From positions 4,160-68,159 of the forward strand of contig NMRA01000050.1 of NCBI GenBank assembly GCA_002633005.1: 64,000 nucleotides of DNA. Reading direction: 5' to 3'. Of the stretch, positions 1-13,706 are shown piece by piece. The position numbers and the translations under genes are program-made. This DNA is from Phoronis australis. Its lineage: Eukaryota > Animalia > Phoronida. How positions within the stretch are numbered: position 1 is the stretch's first letter; each line of letters opens with the position of its first letter. The notes beneath the pieces are model-generated. The model ran no database searches. It worked only from the letters and a program-made list of their open reading frames with translations, and had not been told where the DNA came from.

Positions 1-3000
1 ACATGAATGAGGTGCACACACTATGCATTCATACACATGTGAGTAGGACATTCTCACTGACCACAATGGTCAACAAAGCTGCATGCAGAATACTACCCTG
101 CTGGCATCTCAAAGCATTTGATATACATAGAACATTGGAAATGAGTGGAGGGCACACTAATAAATGCTCTGGTGGGGCCCTTAAATCCAGTATGGTCATA
201 AGCTGTTGAGCAGAAAAAAAACAGCTTTTCAAACAAATTTCCAAACACAGTACAACACTTTCAAACATGATTAAGTGCCAAAAATACCGGAATTGATACC
301 TGGGCCCTGTCATTGATCTTGTTACAGGAATTGGAACTCGAAATTACGTTTGGAATTTTTGTACTCTACTTTTGTGCGAACTTAAGACAGGTGGCTATTA
401 TCCTATGCTCCTATTAGTGTTAGTTTACAGTTGATAAACCCAAGAAGAATCCAGTACAATAAACTGGTATGTTATGAAATCCATTCTAGTTACTTCACGA
501 AAAATAAGCAGTTTGGAATGAGCAATAACAAAAACAGCGGAGAAATTTCCAGCTGACTTATGATACACAAAAAATAGGCTTGGGTGATAGACATTTTTGG
601 ATCTAAAATTTACCTGAACTAAACATTTAATAAAGTCGAAAAAATCATAAAAAGAGGAAACTAGAAATCCAATCAGAGAAAATCGACACCAAAAAAAGAA
701 TTCCTCTTAAAAGACGGAAATCCCAAGCCCTGATCAAGTCTGTATTCTCCAGGCTTCAACGTGTACATAAATGCAACTGTCAAGCGGTATACCTTCTTGA
801 AATTGTCATGGCGAGCTCTCTGAAATGTAAACAGTCACAGTTTTGGTGGTGTGATTTTAAAACTTCTGGTGCTGATGACCTTGTGCACGTGCATTAGTGT
901 ACCACAACTTACACTCATGTAGTCAGAAGGTCACATCACTGCTTGGAAGGGCAACATTTTTGAGAGGGATTGTTGAGTGTTGCTCAATGCTCAGGACTCA
1001 GGAGTTTTAAAATTATGAAGAAATGGATGTTTTGGGAAGCAGTTGAACGAAATAGAAACCAACGATGAAAACATTCATGAAAAGAAACCGAACCCCACAA
1101 AACGCTTTAATGAGTGGTTCGAAAAAGAGGAGATAAAAGTACATGTGCACTGTCAAGCAAGAGCTGCATGATAGTAAGAAAAGGTTCAATAAGTGAAATA
1201 CAGTTTACTCACTGGTAAATATTAAACTAAGCAATCAGGGTGTAGACTGGACTGGATTATTTTGTAAACAAAAGTCAAGAGTGAACAATAGGGCCAGGTG
1301 TGTAGGACTAAGGGTTAGGCTAGCACTGGTATGCAGAATACAATGGCTTATTAATATATTATGTCATCAAATTCAGTCAACAGAGAGTGCACTATAGCAA
1401 GGGGGTTGGGGGGATCTACAGAAAACAAGTAAATGAAACATAAACAAATGTAAAGAAATGAGGACAAGGTAACAAAGACACGGCTGAAGATTGCTGTCTC
1501 CACCTCTTATTAATAAAACTTGAATGGTAATTTAAAACAATGGCTTGACATTATTTCATTTGCGAACACCATTCCAAAAATCCTGGATCAGACACTGGCA
1601 TTGAAAATCCCGGAATACCAATTCAATCCGACAACATCGGACTTGTTACAGTAAATCTACTTCACAAAGAACAAACACAACATTGAAGGCACCATGGTAT
1701 ATTCGCCCAGACGTTTATCTTTCACTAAGTAACAATGTTTCTCTGACTTTAAATGTGGTACAAGTACATAGTCTGTAATTTCATGAACACAAAATCCCAC
1801 GCAAACACGGTATACTTTATCTATACAGCCAACAGCATCATGCGAGCATAAGGGATGACAAAAAATACTTACGTTTTTCTTCACCAGGTCCAGGTACCGA
1901 GCCCGACGTAGTCGATCGGCTCAGCCTCTCACGAATCACGGCTCGACGAGCTGGTCAAACTCAGACGGCCATCCAGGAAAACCGACGTGAATTCCCAGCG
2001 TTGTCATTTACTCGCCGCTCAATTGCTTCCTTCCAATGGCCGTTTTCGTCAACTGCCTGCATTTTCTGTCCATCTTCCATTTTGAAACGGCTACTTTTGA
2101 GTTGAGAGCAACAACACAGCCATCCTCACGTGTTGGCCGGATATCACTACTCACCACCATGCGCGAGTTAGGTCCAGCTTATAGACATGTTCACCAAAAT
2201 GAAAATGCTGTTTTCTTGTTAAAATATAGAGTACGATTTTACTTACATTTTGATAATTTAACATGCAAGTAGTTTATAAATGACAATTATAAGTCGATTT
2301 TGACGTCTTCCTTTGTTGACAGTGAAACCGCAGTACCACGCAGTAATCTTGTGTGACGATTCTCTGAGTGTGCAGGGCTAGCCTTGACTGAAAGTGAAAT
2401 ATCTCGGCCAAAACTTCATCGATTTTCGTGGGAGAAAAACGCTTGTTTTCAGAATTTTACGAGGAATTTGTTGATGAATCTTTTACATGTCATTGAAAAA
2501 GGCGAAAATACAAACGCTCGAGACATATTTCTTCAGGCAGCCCTTAGCGGCTTCACGGGCAATAAAATGTAATCGACCGAATAGATTCGTCGACCACAGA
2601 TCTACCCTGTGGTTTTTCCGCTTGATCCCAGACCGCCCCGAGTTGCTCCAGCAGCCAACTCGGGGCGGTCTCTCACGAGGGTTTAGCGTTAGGCGCCTTC
2701 CTTTGCCTGTGGCACGAACAAGGCAGATAGAAAACAAGGCAGGAGTGAGTTCAGTAACACTAGAACCTCTCTAAAATTTATCCAAAACCACGTAATATTT
2801 AAAATGCAGGGCAATATCTCGCGATGTCTTGAATTATAGCAAGGTCCTCGTGTTACTGCTCTTATTCTAGATGCGTCTTCAGCCTCTACGTAGACAAAAG
2901 CAGCGCCATCTATCATTTAGAACCACGCCTGCCAGTTGATTTACGTTACATATTTTTTGTAATAAGCAATAATCATCAATGCCGTTTTCAGAGAATGGTA

Positions 3001-3769
3001 ATTAATAATGCTGTCTGCCTTTTCTCCTAAACACAAGGTTTTTATGTCGTGTTTCGCAAGCTAATTATGTTACAAGAGCCCCCTATTGGCAGCAGAGGCA
3101 ACTGAGGACATGTAAAAGGACGAAGTGCAGTTCGTGTAATGCTTCGCACGCAAAAACTACATTAGAGGCAAGATTTTTTATTTTAAATTATGAACAGGTT
3201 AGGAATGACTAAACAAATAATTATAAAGTCAATTTCAGGAAAGGTGCGTTATGGTTGCTACAGTGTGCCAAATTTGGCCGAAAATGGCTTCAGTGAAAAA
3301 CTGAAAAATAGCCGTTTTTGCCTCACAAATTCAAAACGTACAAATTTAAAAATGGATTTTAAAAGTTATGCCATTAAATTATTCAGCCACTGCCCTTTCA
3401 ATTTGTATTATTAATTTGTTTTGACCTTACCACACATGCTAGTAAAATGCATTCAAACATGCCTACTTCGACGCCCAATTTTGTTGCAAAATGGAGGTAC
3501 AGATCATAAAAAGAAAAATAATGAATGAAAATTCTTAAAAAGTGAGGTTTTTCTACATATCCACAAACCAAACTCATGTGCTAAGTTTCAAAAAAATCGG
3601 TGATTTTGGGTATAGACTCTACCTGTTGGTTTTTATACGGAGTCACTCTTAAATAATTTAGTTTATGCAAAGAAGAACGGTGTATCTTTTAAGGACACTA
3701 CTTTTGTGTCAGCTTTTATTGTTTTACCCACATCGGAGCAAAGCTGAAGATTTTGTACACAGAAGTGTA

Positions 3770-3933
3770 CCAATTAAGGCTAGAACAGATCTTGCTGATC
3801 GGGAATTTTGTTGCCAGTCTTTGTCGTGGATACGAATCTATTCCTTGCTCAGGACGGGATAGGTGGGGAAGATGCACAAATGTATTCCAAGGCCGTTTAC
3901 ACTGTGGCACCCGTTTATCACGCAACGTGGCAT
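3770..3933 (-). mobile_element. Degenerate THAP-domain remnant (DNA transposon-derived)
   Basis: Manual - strand translation MPRCVINGCHSVNGLGIHLCIFPTYPVLSKE*IR..DW..[fs]KICS matches the THAP pattern MxxCxxxxC...FP...W...CS; one stop and one frameshift. Confidence 0.6.
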
Positions 3934-4828
3934 TTTAGCCCAGAGACCGATAATTATCTTACGTCCAAGAAATGACACTCAGCTGTTGCAAAATGAGGTT
4001 AAGGGAATATTTCGGTGGCACGATGATGTCGTATGCACCACTTTACGCTGATTGGTTGAAAATTTCTTTGGGGCGCTCGAAGGGGCTACGAGCGGTGTAA
4101 TTTACGTTACTTTTTGTGGTATACAAGAAACAAAAACAATATTTTATTAAACAAGAATTGTATTTCTGGTGTCAAATGGGTGTTTTGGTAGCTTGAGGCT
4201 ATCTTTAAATTACTAACAATATTCCTAGATTTATTACGACGTTTGTGTCACAATTCAGTGTTCTGGTGACCATTTTCGTGAAATCACGCATTTGTCCCAT
4301 GCTTAAATTACAGCAAGAAGTAAACAGACAGAAGTTGGAATTGTTCGGTAAAAATGGGACAAGATCGGCAAAATTCATTACGGCGTTCTTGCTCCCGTGG
4401 AGTGCAGCTCCAGTCTGTTGTGTAGCGCAACAACAAGTTGTGCAGATGACCGCTGTAGTCAATATCTTACACGACTGATCAAGTCCATTCTGGCATTGAA
4501 GGTTAGAAGGTCAGCACTCTTTTGTTCCATTATTGCTCTAATCTCCGATAAGACCGTATCTTACTCTGCCTTGACTGAACTTTGCTGTTAAGTTGAGTTA
4601 TAAAATGTTTGAAAATAAACCAATAACATTTCTGAATTCCTCGTCAAATGCTGATCATCAGTTAGCCTACTTTTTGAATCACCGATCACCCAACTGCAAG
4701 CGAAGTTAAGACTATCTATTCGATCTGTTCGTTCACGTATTACCAACGCTCTAGGCCTTACTCTAAATACGCGGTCGGTAATAAGGTGAAACCACCATAC
4801 TTTTCGATTCGATCATCCGATACGCTCC

Positions 4829-4970
4829 CATGCGTGCACCCAGGGGGGACTCGGGGGGCTAGAACGAGCTCCCGCCATTTGGCGTAGTGGGCAAAAAGGT
4901 TCGCCTCACAAAAACAAAAAGTCCAATAGTCCCCTAAAAAGCAGGAACTACCAAAATTCGGCGCACGCAC
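4829..4970. mobile_element. MITE-like repeat, family A (CATGCGCGCACCCAG-type termini)
   Basis: Starts catgcgtgcacccagg and ends ggcgcacgcac; related to 16788-17009 and 32053-32103. Confidence 0.5.
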
Positions 4971-7900
4971 AATTCACAGCTCATGATCTGAACGTACCTC
5001 GTTTCTCAAGTAAAAGGTCCATATTCCCAAAAATTCGAGCCCCCCATTTTTTAGACTGGGTTTAGTTCGTGGAACAGACCTGAACACATCCAATATTAAA
5101 TTGTTCCCGTAAACGGAGCCAAGACAAACTTCCCCCCAGAACTTTTCCAGTCGGATAAAATCTGTCACAGTTGGACCCTTTGGTTGGATTGACACCATTT
5201 GAACCTACCAAGTAGCGAGAATCTCGAAAAATGTCATTTACAGCATGTGAATATGCTAATAAAGCGTTAGTTGACTATTGCGCCACCTATAATTCACGGC
5301 CCACTCGTAAAATACTTGTGTGATTGCGTGCACTGAATTCGACATTTCCAAAGTATAATTTTGCCGCTGCTTTTAGTCATGAAGATACATGTAGTTAACT
5401 GATGTCCCTCTAGTTAAAAAGATTTGTTCTATCTGATGACACCAACTGTTTTCTATTCAAAGAGAAGGTATTTTTGAAATTAGTCTGGAAAAGGAGACCA
5501 AAAACGTCGGTTTAGCAATAGTTGTCCCTTCGTCGTAATTACTTACTGCTCTAATGCAATTCGGTTGAAAAACAGCGGAGTTGCGAGAAGTTTTAATGGC
5601 AGTATATTCCATAGGAAGAACCAACACCGGAACAAAAGAATGCAAACAAATGGCACGCATGTACAGCGCAACATCAACAGCGCGAGAACGAAGTTGGCAT
5701 TCCAGGGCTTAAGTTCTATGGTGCTAACATACTGCACAAGTATTTTCTCCCACTCTTTTGACTTATGCACATATCACAACTCTGTGAAAAGCGCTCCGAT
5801 GGCCCTTCAGCTCAGTTTAAGAGTTTTGGCTAAGTACTGGCTAGGCTAACCAATATTCAGCTCTATTAAAGGGTGGGTTAGTTACTGACTATGGCTTGGT
5901 TTAATATCGCTTCATGTATACAAATTCAAAGGTTTAAGACATGTTTAATGTAATGAATGTAAGATGCGACAGATAAGATCGCTACGACGTCAGACGCCAG
6001 TTAAGCAAGCCTAAGCGTGCACGCATAAATTTGTAGGACTTCACGTACCACGCTTTTGGCCACATTCAAACTTGAGTCATTACGCAGGAAAATGAACGTT
6101 ACTTGTATCTGAGTAGCCCGTGATCTCGAAAAGCGCCGGTTTCAAGGAGAAATGGAATACGCATTGTTTCATTCCAAATTCGTTCTTATAACTTTAATCA
6201 AGAATGTCTTAACTGTAAGACATGATTTTTACAAAGGATACATGTATAATGAAGAACGACTTCTTCAGGCTAATTGTGGTAAGTCTATGGGAAACTTAGG
6301 CCTAATTTACGTAATGTAATATAAAATGAAGCAAAGCCATGTTTTTAAAGTAGAGTTTAGTAAACAAATTAACAGTAGCAAATGTGTTTTCGGAAAGGTA
6401 TTTCACAGTGCGAGTCAAAGTGAGATAGCGCATCAATGCTAAGTGGTACCTAGCTGTATTTTGCTGGCTAAGCTCGGTATAGCCTTGGTGTAAAGCTGTA
6501 TGATTAATATTTTGCCGTTAGTCTTTAAAGAGCCAGCTGGCTGGTATTCGGTAAACCAACTTTTAAGCAGGGCTGAAAGCTTAGAATTTAGTGTTATACA
6601 TATGATACTAGGATTACAAACCAAACATTAACCCTCTACAGGCCGAAATTAAGATTGCTTGAAGAAATTTATTTGCAGAACTAAACAGCGGATATAATTG
6701 CACAGAAACCAAGCCCTTCGAAAGAATTTAAATTCACTCGAAGATATGACTTTTATCATTCGCTTTTCACTCAGCCATTTTAATTTTTATCTTGCGGTGA
6801 ACTCGTCAACTAATTTAGCATTGGCTTGGGTTATTGATTGCCATTAGGGTCACTACATGAGGTCATTAGGTAAAAAACTGAACACAAGATGGCAGACGAT
6901 TTATGATCAGAAATTTGTAACATGTAGCCTACTACTGCGCATGTGCCAAATCTTGCCAGCAGCCTTCCATAAGAACGACACAAGAATGATCTATTATCAG
7001 TTATTTAATACTAATGGGAGAGAACAACACAATTTGCGATAGCCTGTCGCAGAGAGTGCATGTTCACGTAATTGTAAACCTGAAAACAAAAAAAATACAA
7101 AAAATACATTTTTTGATACATGCCGTAAATGTGACACATAGCCTTTTATGAGGAATCGAAAGAAATTCGAAGACACGCTTTTTAGTGGTTTTTCACCAAC
7201 CACTGTCCACCGTCCATCTCTTTTATTTCTGTTGATGATTTAGCTCCGCCCAATGACCAGATTACACTTTTTGAAATATCCGCGATCAACCGAGCACTAC
7301 CGAGCGTTTTAAGGTTACCGCCCATTTTTGTAAAAGTCAACATTCATTCATGCATAGGACATGTGGATCGAATTTAAAATAATGTAAGCGATGGCGTAAT
7401 CCGACGAGAGTTCACTTCCAAGTAGAGGCTACGATTCACTGCATCAGAGAAGTCGCTGAATGATGCATGCAGCTGCTTTGCAGGCACGGTATTTCACACC
7501 TCCAAAATCCTGTTCCCGGAGATCCAGTTCAACTCTACGCCGAATGCGGATTTACATTTATCGTCAGACATTGGTTATGGAAACCAGAAAATGGGCAGCG
7601 CAGCACTGAAAAAAGTGTGTGTGTGTGGGGGGGGGTAATATAGCCCCACCCCAGCCCCCTTTTGATGCACCACCCTTGCACTGAAAAACAACACGATACT
7701 CAGTTAGTAAACTGCTACTTCGGTCTCAGGTAAAACCGGCCCAGTGAATTACGGTCAGACCCTCGAGTGTCACCTATAAAATAAACGAAAGTTCAGTTTT
7801 GCGAACTTGGTTTGTACAAAAAAGGAAAACACGCAAGATACAGGATTATAGTTCTATTCCGCAACGTAAGAATGGTTCTAAGTAGCATCATAAAACCATG

Positions 7901-8339
7901 GCTTAATGTCACCCCTGAGCTCGGTCATTTCTCGACTAACCTGGCAGCACTATACTCTGGGCGCCTTATATCAGCGAAGGCGGAATTCATGCATGTACTG
8001 TAGAGCTACGATTGCAAGACTGGTATGAATGAGTGCAATGCACGCATTCTCAAAAGAATTGCTTGTTGATAAATTATAAAGTCTGCCCTCATAAAATAAC
8101 CTGAAGGTGATCGGAATCACGCGTGTATTGTAAAGTAGAGATTAGGTTCCTCCCGAATGAACGCGCGTAATGCACGCGTAAGTTTGACGAGCAACGACCT
8201 TCATGCCGTCATCAGATACCATATAGTACTATATCCAGAAACTACTACAATTCAAGTAAAGCAATATTGCCATGTCCAAACTTTATCCTGCAAGCGACTG
8301 GAATGTTTAAATCTTGACGCCGTTATTTTTGGTTCCCAG

Positions 8340-8702
8340 TTGGTCCAACAGATGAGAACATAACGGATGTGACTCGAAGTCAAACCCTTGTCGAAAACAG
8401 TCAGACGACGGTTTTTGCTGGGGAGACATACTGGTTGGCGTGCGAGACGTACGGCGCGTTTCCAGGGGTCAATCTAACGTGGATAATGCCTCCCACTCGC
8501 GATATGGCACACACCTGGAGACAAACTGTAACGGAAAGCAGTGTGACATCGAGAGACTCTGGGTGTAACAGAACGATCTACAGAAGAGACATGAATGTGA
8601 CGGTCAACAAGGAATACAACAACTTAGACGTGCGCTGTCTTGCCGTGAATAAGGAGTTTGACACATGCAAAAAAGAAGGCGTCATAACGCTGCTAGTAAT
8701 AT
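8340..8702 (+). CDS. Ig exon 1 (intact, 363 nt)
   Basis: cccag|TT GGT CCA; GPTDENIT...YWLACETYGAFPGVNLTW...DVRCLAVN...LLVI T|gtgagt; both Cys and Trp present. Confidence 0.85.
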
Positions 8703-10137
8703 GTGAGTTTAGGCCAAATTGTATTAGTTGATAATATTCTGCGTTTTCACATTGGAACGGTGTTGGGGGTAATTTTCGGTTGTTCATTTTTTCCAGTTCA
8801 CTTTCTGTATCAAGTAAATTTCAGTAGTGCAGTGTTGCGGACGCCTGGGATCATTATGTCGTGGGGGTGACGAAGGGATGGCGCCATTTGTGTGTCAGCC
8901 AGAGGCTATAACCATGCAATGTGAAATAAATTGCCTTTTTAATGCGTCGATGAATCTTTTGAAATAAGTTCAGATGTTGGCTGAAGGTGGTGGGTGGGGG
9001 GATTCTTTTAGGGATACTTTTAGGTCGCATTGAATACGTCCCTATCATTTCGTCAGCATTCAATTCTGTTTAATAGCCACATTTGACATATTTTCAATAA
9101 AACTTACCGTTTTTCCTGATGCAGAAAGAGTTCAAGGTCAAATTGTTACCTATATGCTCACTTGGCGTTAGATTGACGATGGCCCCAATTCATCTCGAAC
9201 ACTTACCCGATCTCACTACTGTCGCCAAAAACTTGGTCTACAGAACGCAGAATCAGTTATACCTTTTGGCAGAGCCCGATTATACTAGTTAAGATGTACG
9301 GATGCTACTTCTGAGACAAGTTTGTTCGAACGGGAGCCTTTTTCCGATTTGATTCCCTTCAAACGACACACTTTTGGAGGATTCGAATCTCTGCTACATA
9401 ATTTTGCAGACACGTTTTAACAGTATATGTAATTTTCATCCTTTTAATTAAAAAATATTTGACAGCATGATGCAATGTATCTCTTCTTGTGCCAAGTGAA
9501 GTTTAATGTCAAGAATCCCTACTGCTGGGTTTATGGTGTTATACCTCCAAAACGGATGCTTCCAGAAAAATATATACGAACGAGTGATGTTTTTGAAGGA
9601 AGTACCCAAGAGTAGGATCTACATGGAGGATATCTTTTTAAGATTAATTCTATAAATGGACAGGTATCTTCCATTTTGCCGTTGCACCTCCATTCAAATG
9701 TAGTCGTGTACCGAGGCTCACACAGGGAGCCGGTGTAACCGTTATGCATTTGTTTACCATCTCAAGATGTTTTCATTAATAAAATTGATGAAAAGTCGAA
9801 ATAAGTCTCAACACTCTTATTTAATCAGCAGCGATGACGAAGAGTTTACCGTAATCTTCGAATTTTAATGTCTAGTGTACCGTACAGTAGCTTTTATCCA
9901 TCTTAGTCCGAAGTCGCTTATTATAACTGTTCACTCATTTGTTTTGTATACATCGAAGTATAGGCTATCAACTCTGACGTACACTGCAGTGCAGAATCGA
10001 ATTTGTGATTCATACGACTGAAATAGCTGATAACCCGACTAGTGTTTCTCAAACAGATTTTGAGATCCACTAAGAGATGAATTTGTCCGGTTTGGATATC
10101 ATACATGTGAGTTTTAACTCGGGGGTTTTGATTTCAG

Positions 10138-10473
10138 TCGGACCAGCATTCGTCAATTTGACAGATCAAGATAATAAAACCGTGACGTCAATATTTCCGG
10201 TCGTCAGGGGACGCAAGTACAGCCTAGAATGTACTGCAGACATTGCGGAGAGTGTTGTGGACATTGATTGGATATTCAACACCAAAACTGCACTGAAAAC
10301 GACTCCTATCACCAAAAGAAACAGCGACGTCTTTTATCATGGATTCTATCACTCGAGGAAGTTAAAATTTACCGCCTTGGAGGAGCTGCATCTCCAGCGG
10401 CTCGTGTGCAACGCAACGAATGTAAACAGGACAAGTCTCCATGTGGAGACGAATGTGATCCTTTGTATCGTCT
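10138..10473 (+). CDS. Ig exon 2 (intact, 336 nt)
   Basis: ttcag|TC GGA CCA; YSLECTADIAESVVDIDW...RLVCNATN; donor T|gttggt (weak). Confidence 0.8.
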
Positions 10474-10848
10474 GTTGGTATCCTTCTATTCTATCCTCAA
10501 GACGCATAACGTCGTGCATATATCAAATTTAGCACGTTGGTAGCACGTTATTTATAGATTCATCGCCGTACTAAACTGTGTGACAAACTGGATATCATTC
10601 AGTCACTGTACGGTATTTTGGTTTTCAAATGCCTAGTCTGCCAAGTAGGATGTATTAGGCCACAATACTATCGCAAGAGCTTGACAGTACCTGTAAAACA
10701 CACATATGTGGCAGTTTTTTTCTATTAGGCACATATTCCTGGATTTTTGCATAAACGTGCAGACTCGAGTGACGGCGCAAATTTGCTTTAACTCAGGTGA
10801 ATTTTTTCCAAGCAATTTCCTTCAGATAAGAACACTGTTTCACTTCAG

Positions 10849-11181
10849 ACGGGCCTACGCAAGTAAATGTCAAGAACAATAAGGGCGATCTAGTCAGCGA
10901 GACTTACACGGTTATTGAAAACAGGTCAATCTCGCTCACATGCAAGACGGATGAGGTAAAAGAAAAGGCCAATATTGTGTGGATAAATCAGCGAGAAGGC
11001 AAACCGATAAACCCGACAGCGGCCATAAAGGAAATTGCTCGGTTCAAGGATAAGATATTCTATAGAGAGGACACTTTCAGACTGTCATCTGCACATCATG
11101 ACCAACTTTTCTCGTGGCTGGCCTCAAACGTCCACGTTTCAGAACTAAGAAAATCAGTGTTGATCAGGTGGAACGTTCTTC
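10849..11181 (+). CDS. Ig exon 3 (open, second Cys replaced by Trp; 333 nt)
   Basis: ttcag|AC GGG CCT; ISLTCKTDEVKEKANIVW...LFSWLASN (TGG at the Cys position); donor C|gtaagt. Confidence 0.8.
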
Positions 11182-12083
11182 GTAAGTGTTAACATCGTCA
11201 CGAATTCGGTAGGTTAGTCTAAAGAACTATTAATACTTTGCACGTCATTTTATTTAGTTCGTGATACCACGTACGGGTTTTGCCGTTTTCTATGTCAGTG
11301 AATTTCAACAGCACTTGTTTGCATGAACCACCAATGAGCGTCATTAACTTCACTAGGTTGCGCTTGCCGGACAACTATTCCTCTCGCAAACAGGGTTAGC
11401 CACTTCGGACATAAAAAATGACACAATTGGGGAGATTTCTTATCAGCCTGAAGACGTATCGGCGGTAGTAGTCCGACGGCCGGTTGTTTCACCCTAAAAG
11501 CGTTTCGGTTAAGTTTTCAACTCTAATGCTTTTCAGTATTCGGCTAACGGAAATAGAAATGCATCCCCCGACAGTAAGGAATATTTGAGGGTCGTTTTTA
11601 TGCGAGTTAATTTTACAGTTTGATTTTCGGTTTTAGCCTCCTAAAAAGCCAAATACAGCGTTAAGCTCGTCTAACTGATACACTCGCTTCGATTTCAGCA
11701 ATCTCTGGCAGCCAATGTCGAAAATAGGTCAATAAGTCACAATCACCCAACAGTTTTTATCAATCCTAAAAATATAAAGGAATCTATTACACCCAATAGT
11801 AATCCCAATAAGCTGTTTAAGCCCTGTCTGCACATCTGAGTTGTCGAAGAACCTAACTTCCCACTTAAACCATTCCCTGTTGAAAATCGACCTCAATCTG
11901 ACTGTGCCTTTCCCAGTTGGGCAGGCATTTTTGGCTTAGAAAAGAACTGACTCGAGACCATGATTGAGCTAATCGGATGACATATCGTTACTAGTCAACT
12001 TGTAGATCCACGTTGGCCTTTGTTGCTTGATTTTAGTTAGAAATTTGGTTTTACGCTCCAAGCAACTTTATCTGAAAATAATT

Positions 12084-12175
12084 GAATCTCAATTGAACAG
12101 CACTGCAAAGTGTCTGAAAATATGAATATAAGTGATCTCAATTGAACAACACTGCAAAGTGTCTGAAAATATGAA
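12084..12175. repeat. Two-copy tandem duplication (~48 bp)
   Basis: atctcaattgaacaRcactgcaaagtgtctgaaaatatgaa occurs twice in direct orientation. Confidence 0.8.
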
Positions 12176-12267
12176 GTGGTAGTTACCGACACAATTTCTA
12201 TCAATTAATTCTAGAGTCTGATGCACTAATAATAAAATTACAGTAAATACAGTAAAATAAGATAAAT

Positions 12268-12570
12268 ACTGGAATTTGCTTATTTGAGTTAGAGACGTTG
12301 AGTCCGTCTCACGGAATTCAGCTTACCTAGTGGTGATATTATCGTTCTGGACAAAAGGTGGAGCTTTAACCAGAGAACGCAGAATCGAGGCCAGGACACT
12401 ATCACATATGTGTGACAGTTGGAACCTTAATCCACCTCGTTTATTCAGAGAGGGGCGCTCAATGTGTTCGTGAAGAGCTTCTGTTGGCCAGAACGATAAT
12501 AACACCACTAGCCAAGCTGAAGTCCGTGAGAGACGGAAGCAACATCGCTAACTCAAGTAAGCAAATTCCA
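12268..12570 (-). mobile_element. Penelope-like element 3' fragment with inverted terminal copies
   Basis: - strand EALHEHIERPSLNKRGGLRFQLSHICDSVL resembles the C-terminus of the PLE GIY-YIG endonuclease. 12268-12355 and 12485-12570 are inverted copies of each other. Confidence 0.65.
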
Positions 12571-13706
12571 AAATTTGGCTTATTTTTCTTGTGTTTTGTT
12601 ACCTCAACTGGATGCTTTTATCAAGGTCTACTGTAGTTGGCTAAACATTTCTTCAGCACTTGTGGATTGGAAGTGTTACACCAAATCTCAGTCACTTTCA
12701 TGAAACAGAACCTATTGCTTGGTTGCATGAAACAGTCCCAAATAGAGACTCAACTAAGTTCCCTAAACCTACTGGGTATTTGTGGGCTTGTGAAAACACG
12801 GAATGTCTTTTCTTATGCTGTTTGAGCCTCAGTACTAAGTCAGTTTTGTCCTTGGTACAAATTGCTGGTAAATCTTACATTGAATTCTCAATATTGAGAA
12901 TAAGTTAGCATCTTTTCATGCAACACCCCTAAATTAAGGATTAAATCCCTAATTATTTTGATTGCATTAAGGGTTCAGTTTTTAGTTATATTATTAGTAT
13001 TAGTTGGGGCGATAATACACAACGCGTCAGCTTCGTTTGATCAGTTTATTCTTGAAGTGATGGTTATCTACAACCGATAAATACAGTTTGTCAGACGACG
13101 GAACCAAACAATGTTCTCAAAACGTTACCCAATAGTCAATACGGCTAGCACACGGGACTCGAACCCGCATTAAAAAAAAAAACACCACAAAACAGCCGTT
13201 ACAGTTCAACAATTAAACACTAGGCATAGAATATCCAGCAGACCTACAAGAATTGACCAAACGTAAAGCCTTAACAGAATTACATGTACTTACTGGAGTT
13301 TTCGGCGTGGCCCAGCTAATAATCTCTCTACAGTGCATCACAACATGTTGAAAACCAATATTCGAAATGAGCGCTGTAAATGAGTTTTAAAGCTAAAAAC
13401 CATCAAAACTGCAATGTGATCGGTTATATTACAATGGTAGCATCTATTTAGCCAATAAACAATTACCTAGGAGCATGGTAGACGGCATTTACAATGCGCC
13501 CTGGAAACGCCCTAAGATCTACATACAACGCCTCTAGTGGACGAAAAGATCCTAAACAAAAGACTAATGCTTCTGCATTAACAATTAGGAACTGTCATTC
13601 AGTTAAAGAAGAAATCATAATCAAGATAAAATGATAGCAAAAATATTACATCTGTGAGTAAAGAACAAAACAAATACTCAAAAGACTTAGGGAACTTAGT
13701 TGAGTC

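Noticed and set aside
1657-2080. - strand ORF with a zinc-finger-like C..C...HLKSEKH motif and an upstream ATG segment
   Set aside because: Stops and poor spacing; may be a transposase remnant, but cannot be assigned.
3665-3862. ORF resembling a signal-peptide leader exon for the Ig gene (MQRRTVYLLRTLLLCQLLLF)
   Set aside because: No convincing phase-1 donor, and it overlaps an antisense THAP remnant.
5171-5205. cacag|TT GGA CCC, the same start as the Ig cassettes
   Set aside because: Stop within 10 codons and no Cys/Trp Ig motifs recognised downstream.
8850-9780. Possible decayed coding sequence on the - strand in intron 1
   Set aside because: No recognisable motif could be reconstructed.
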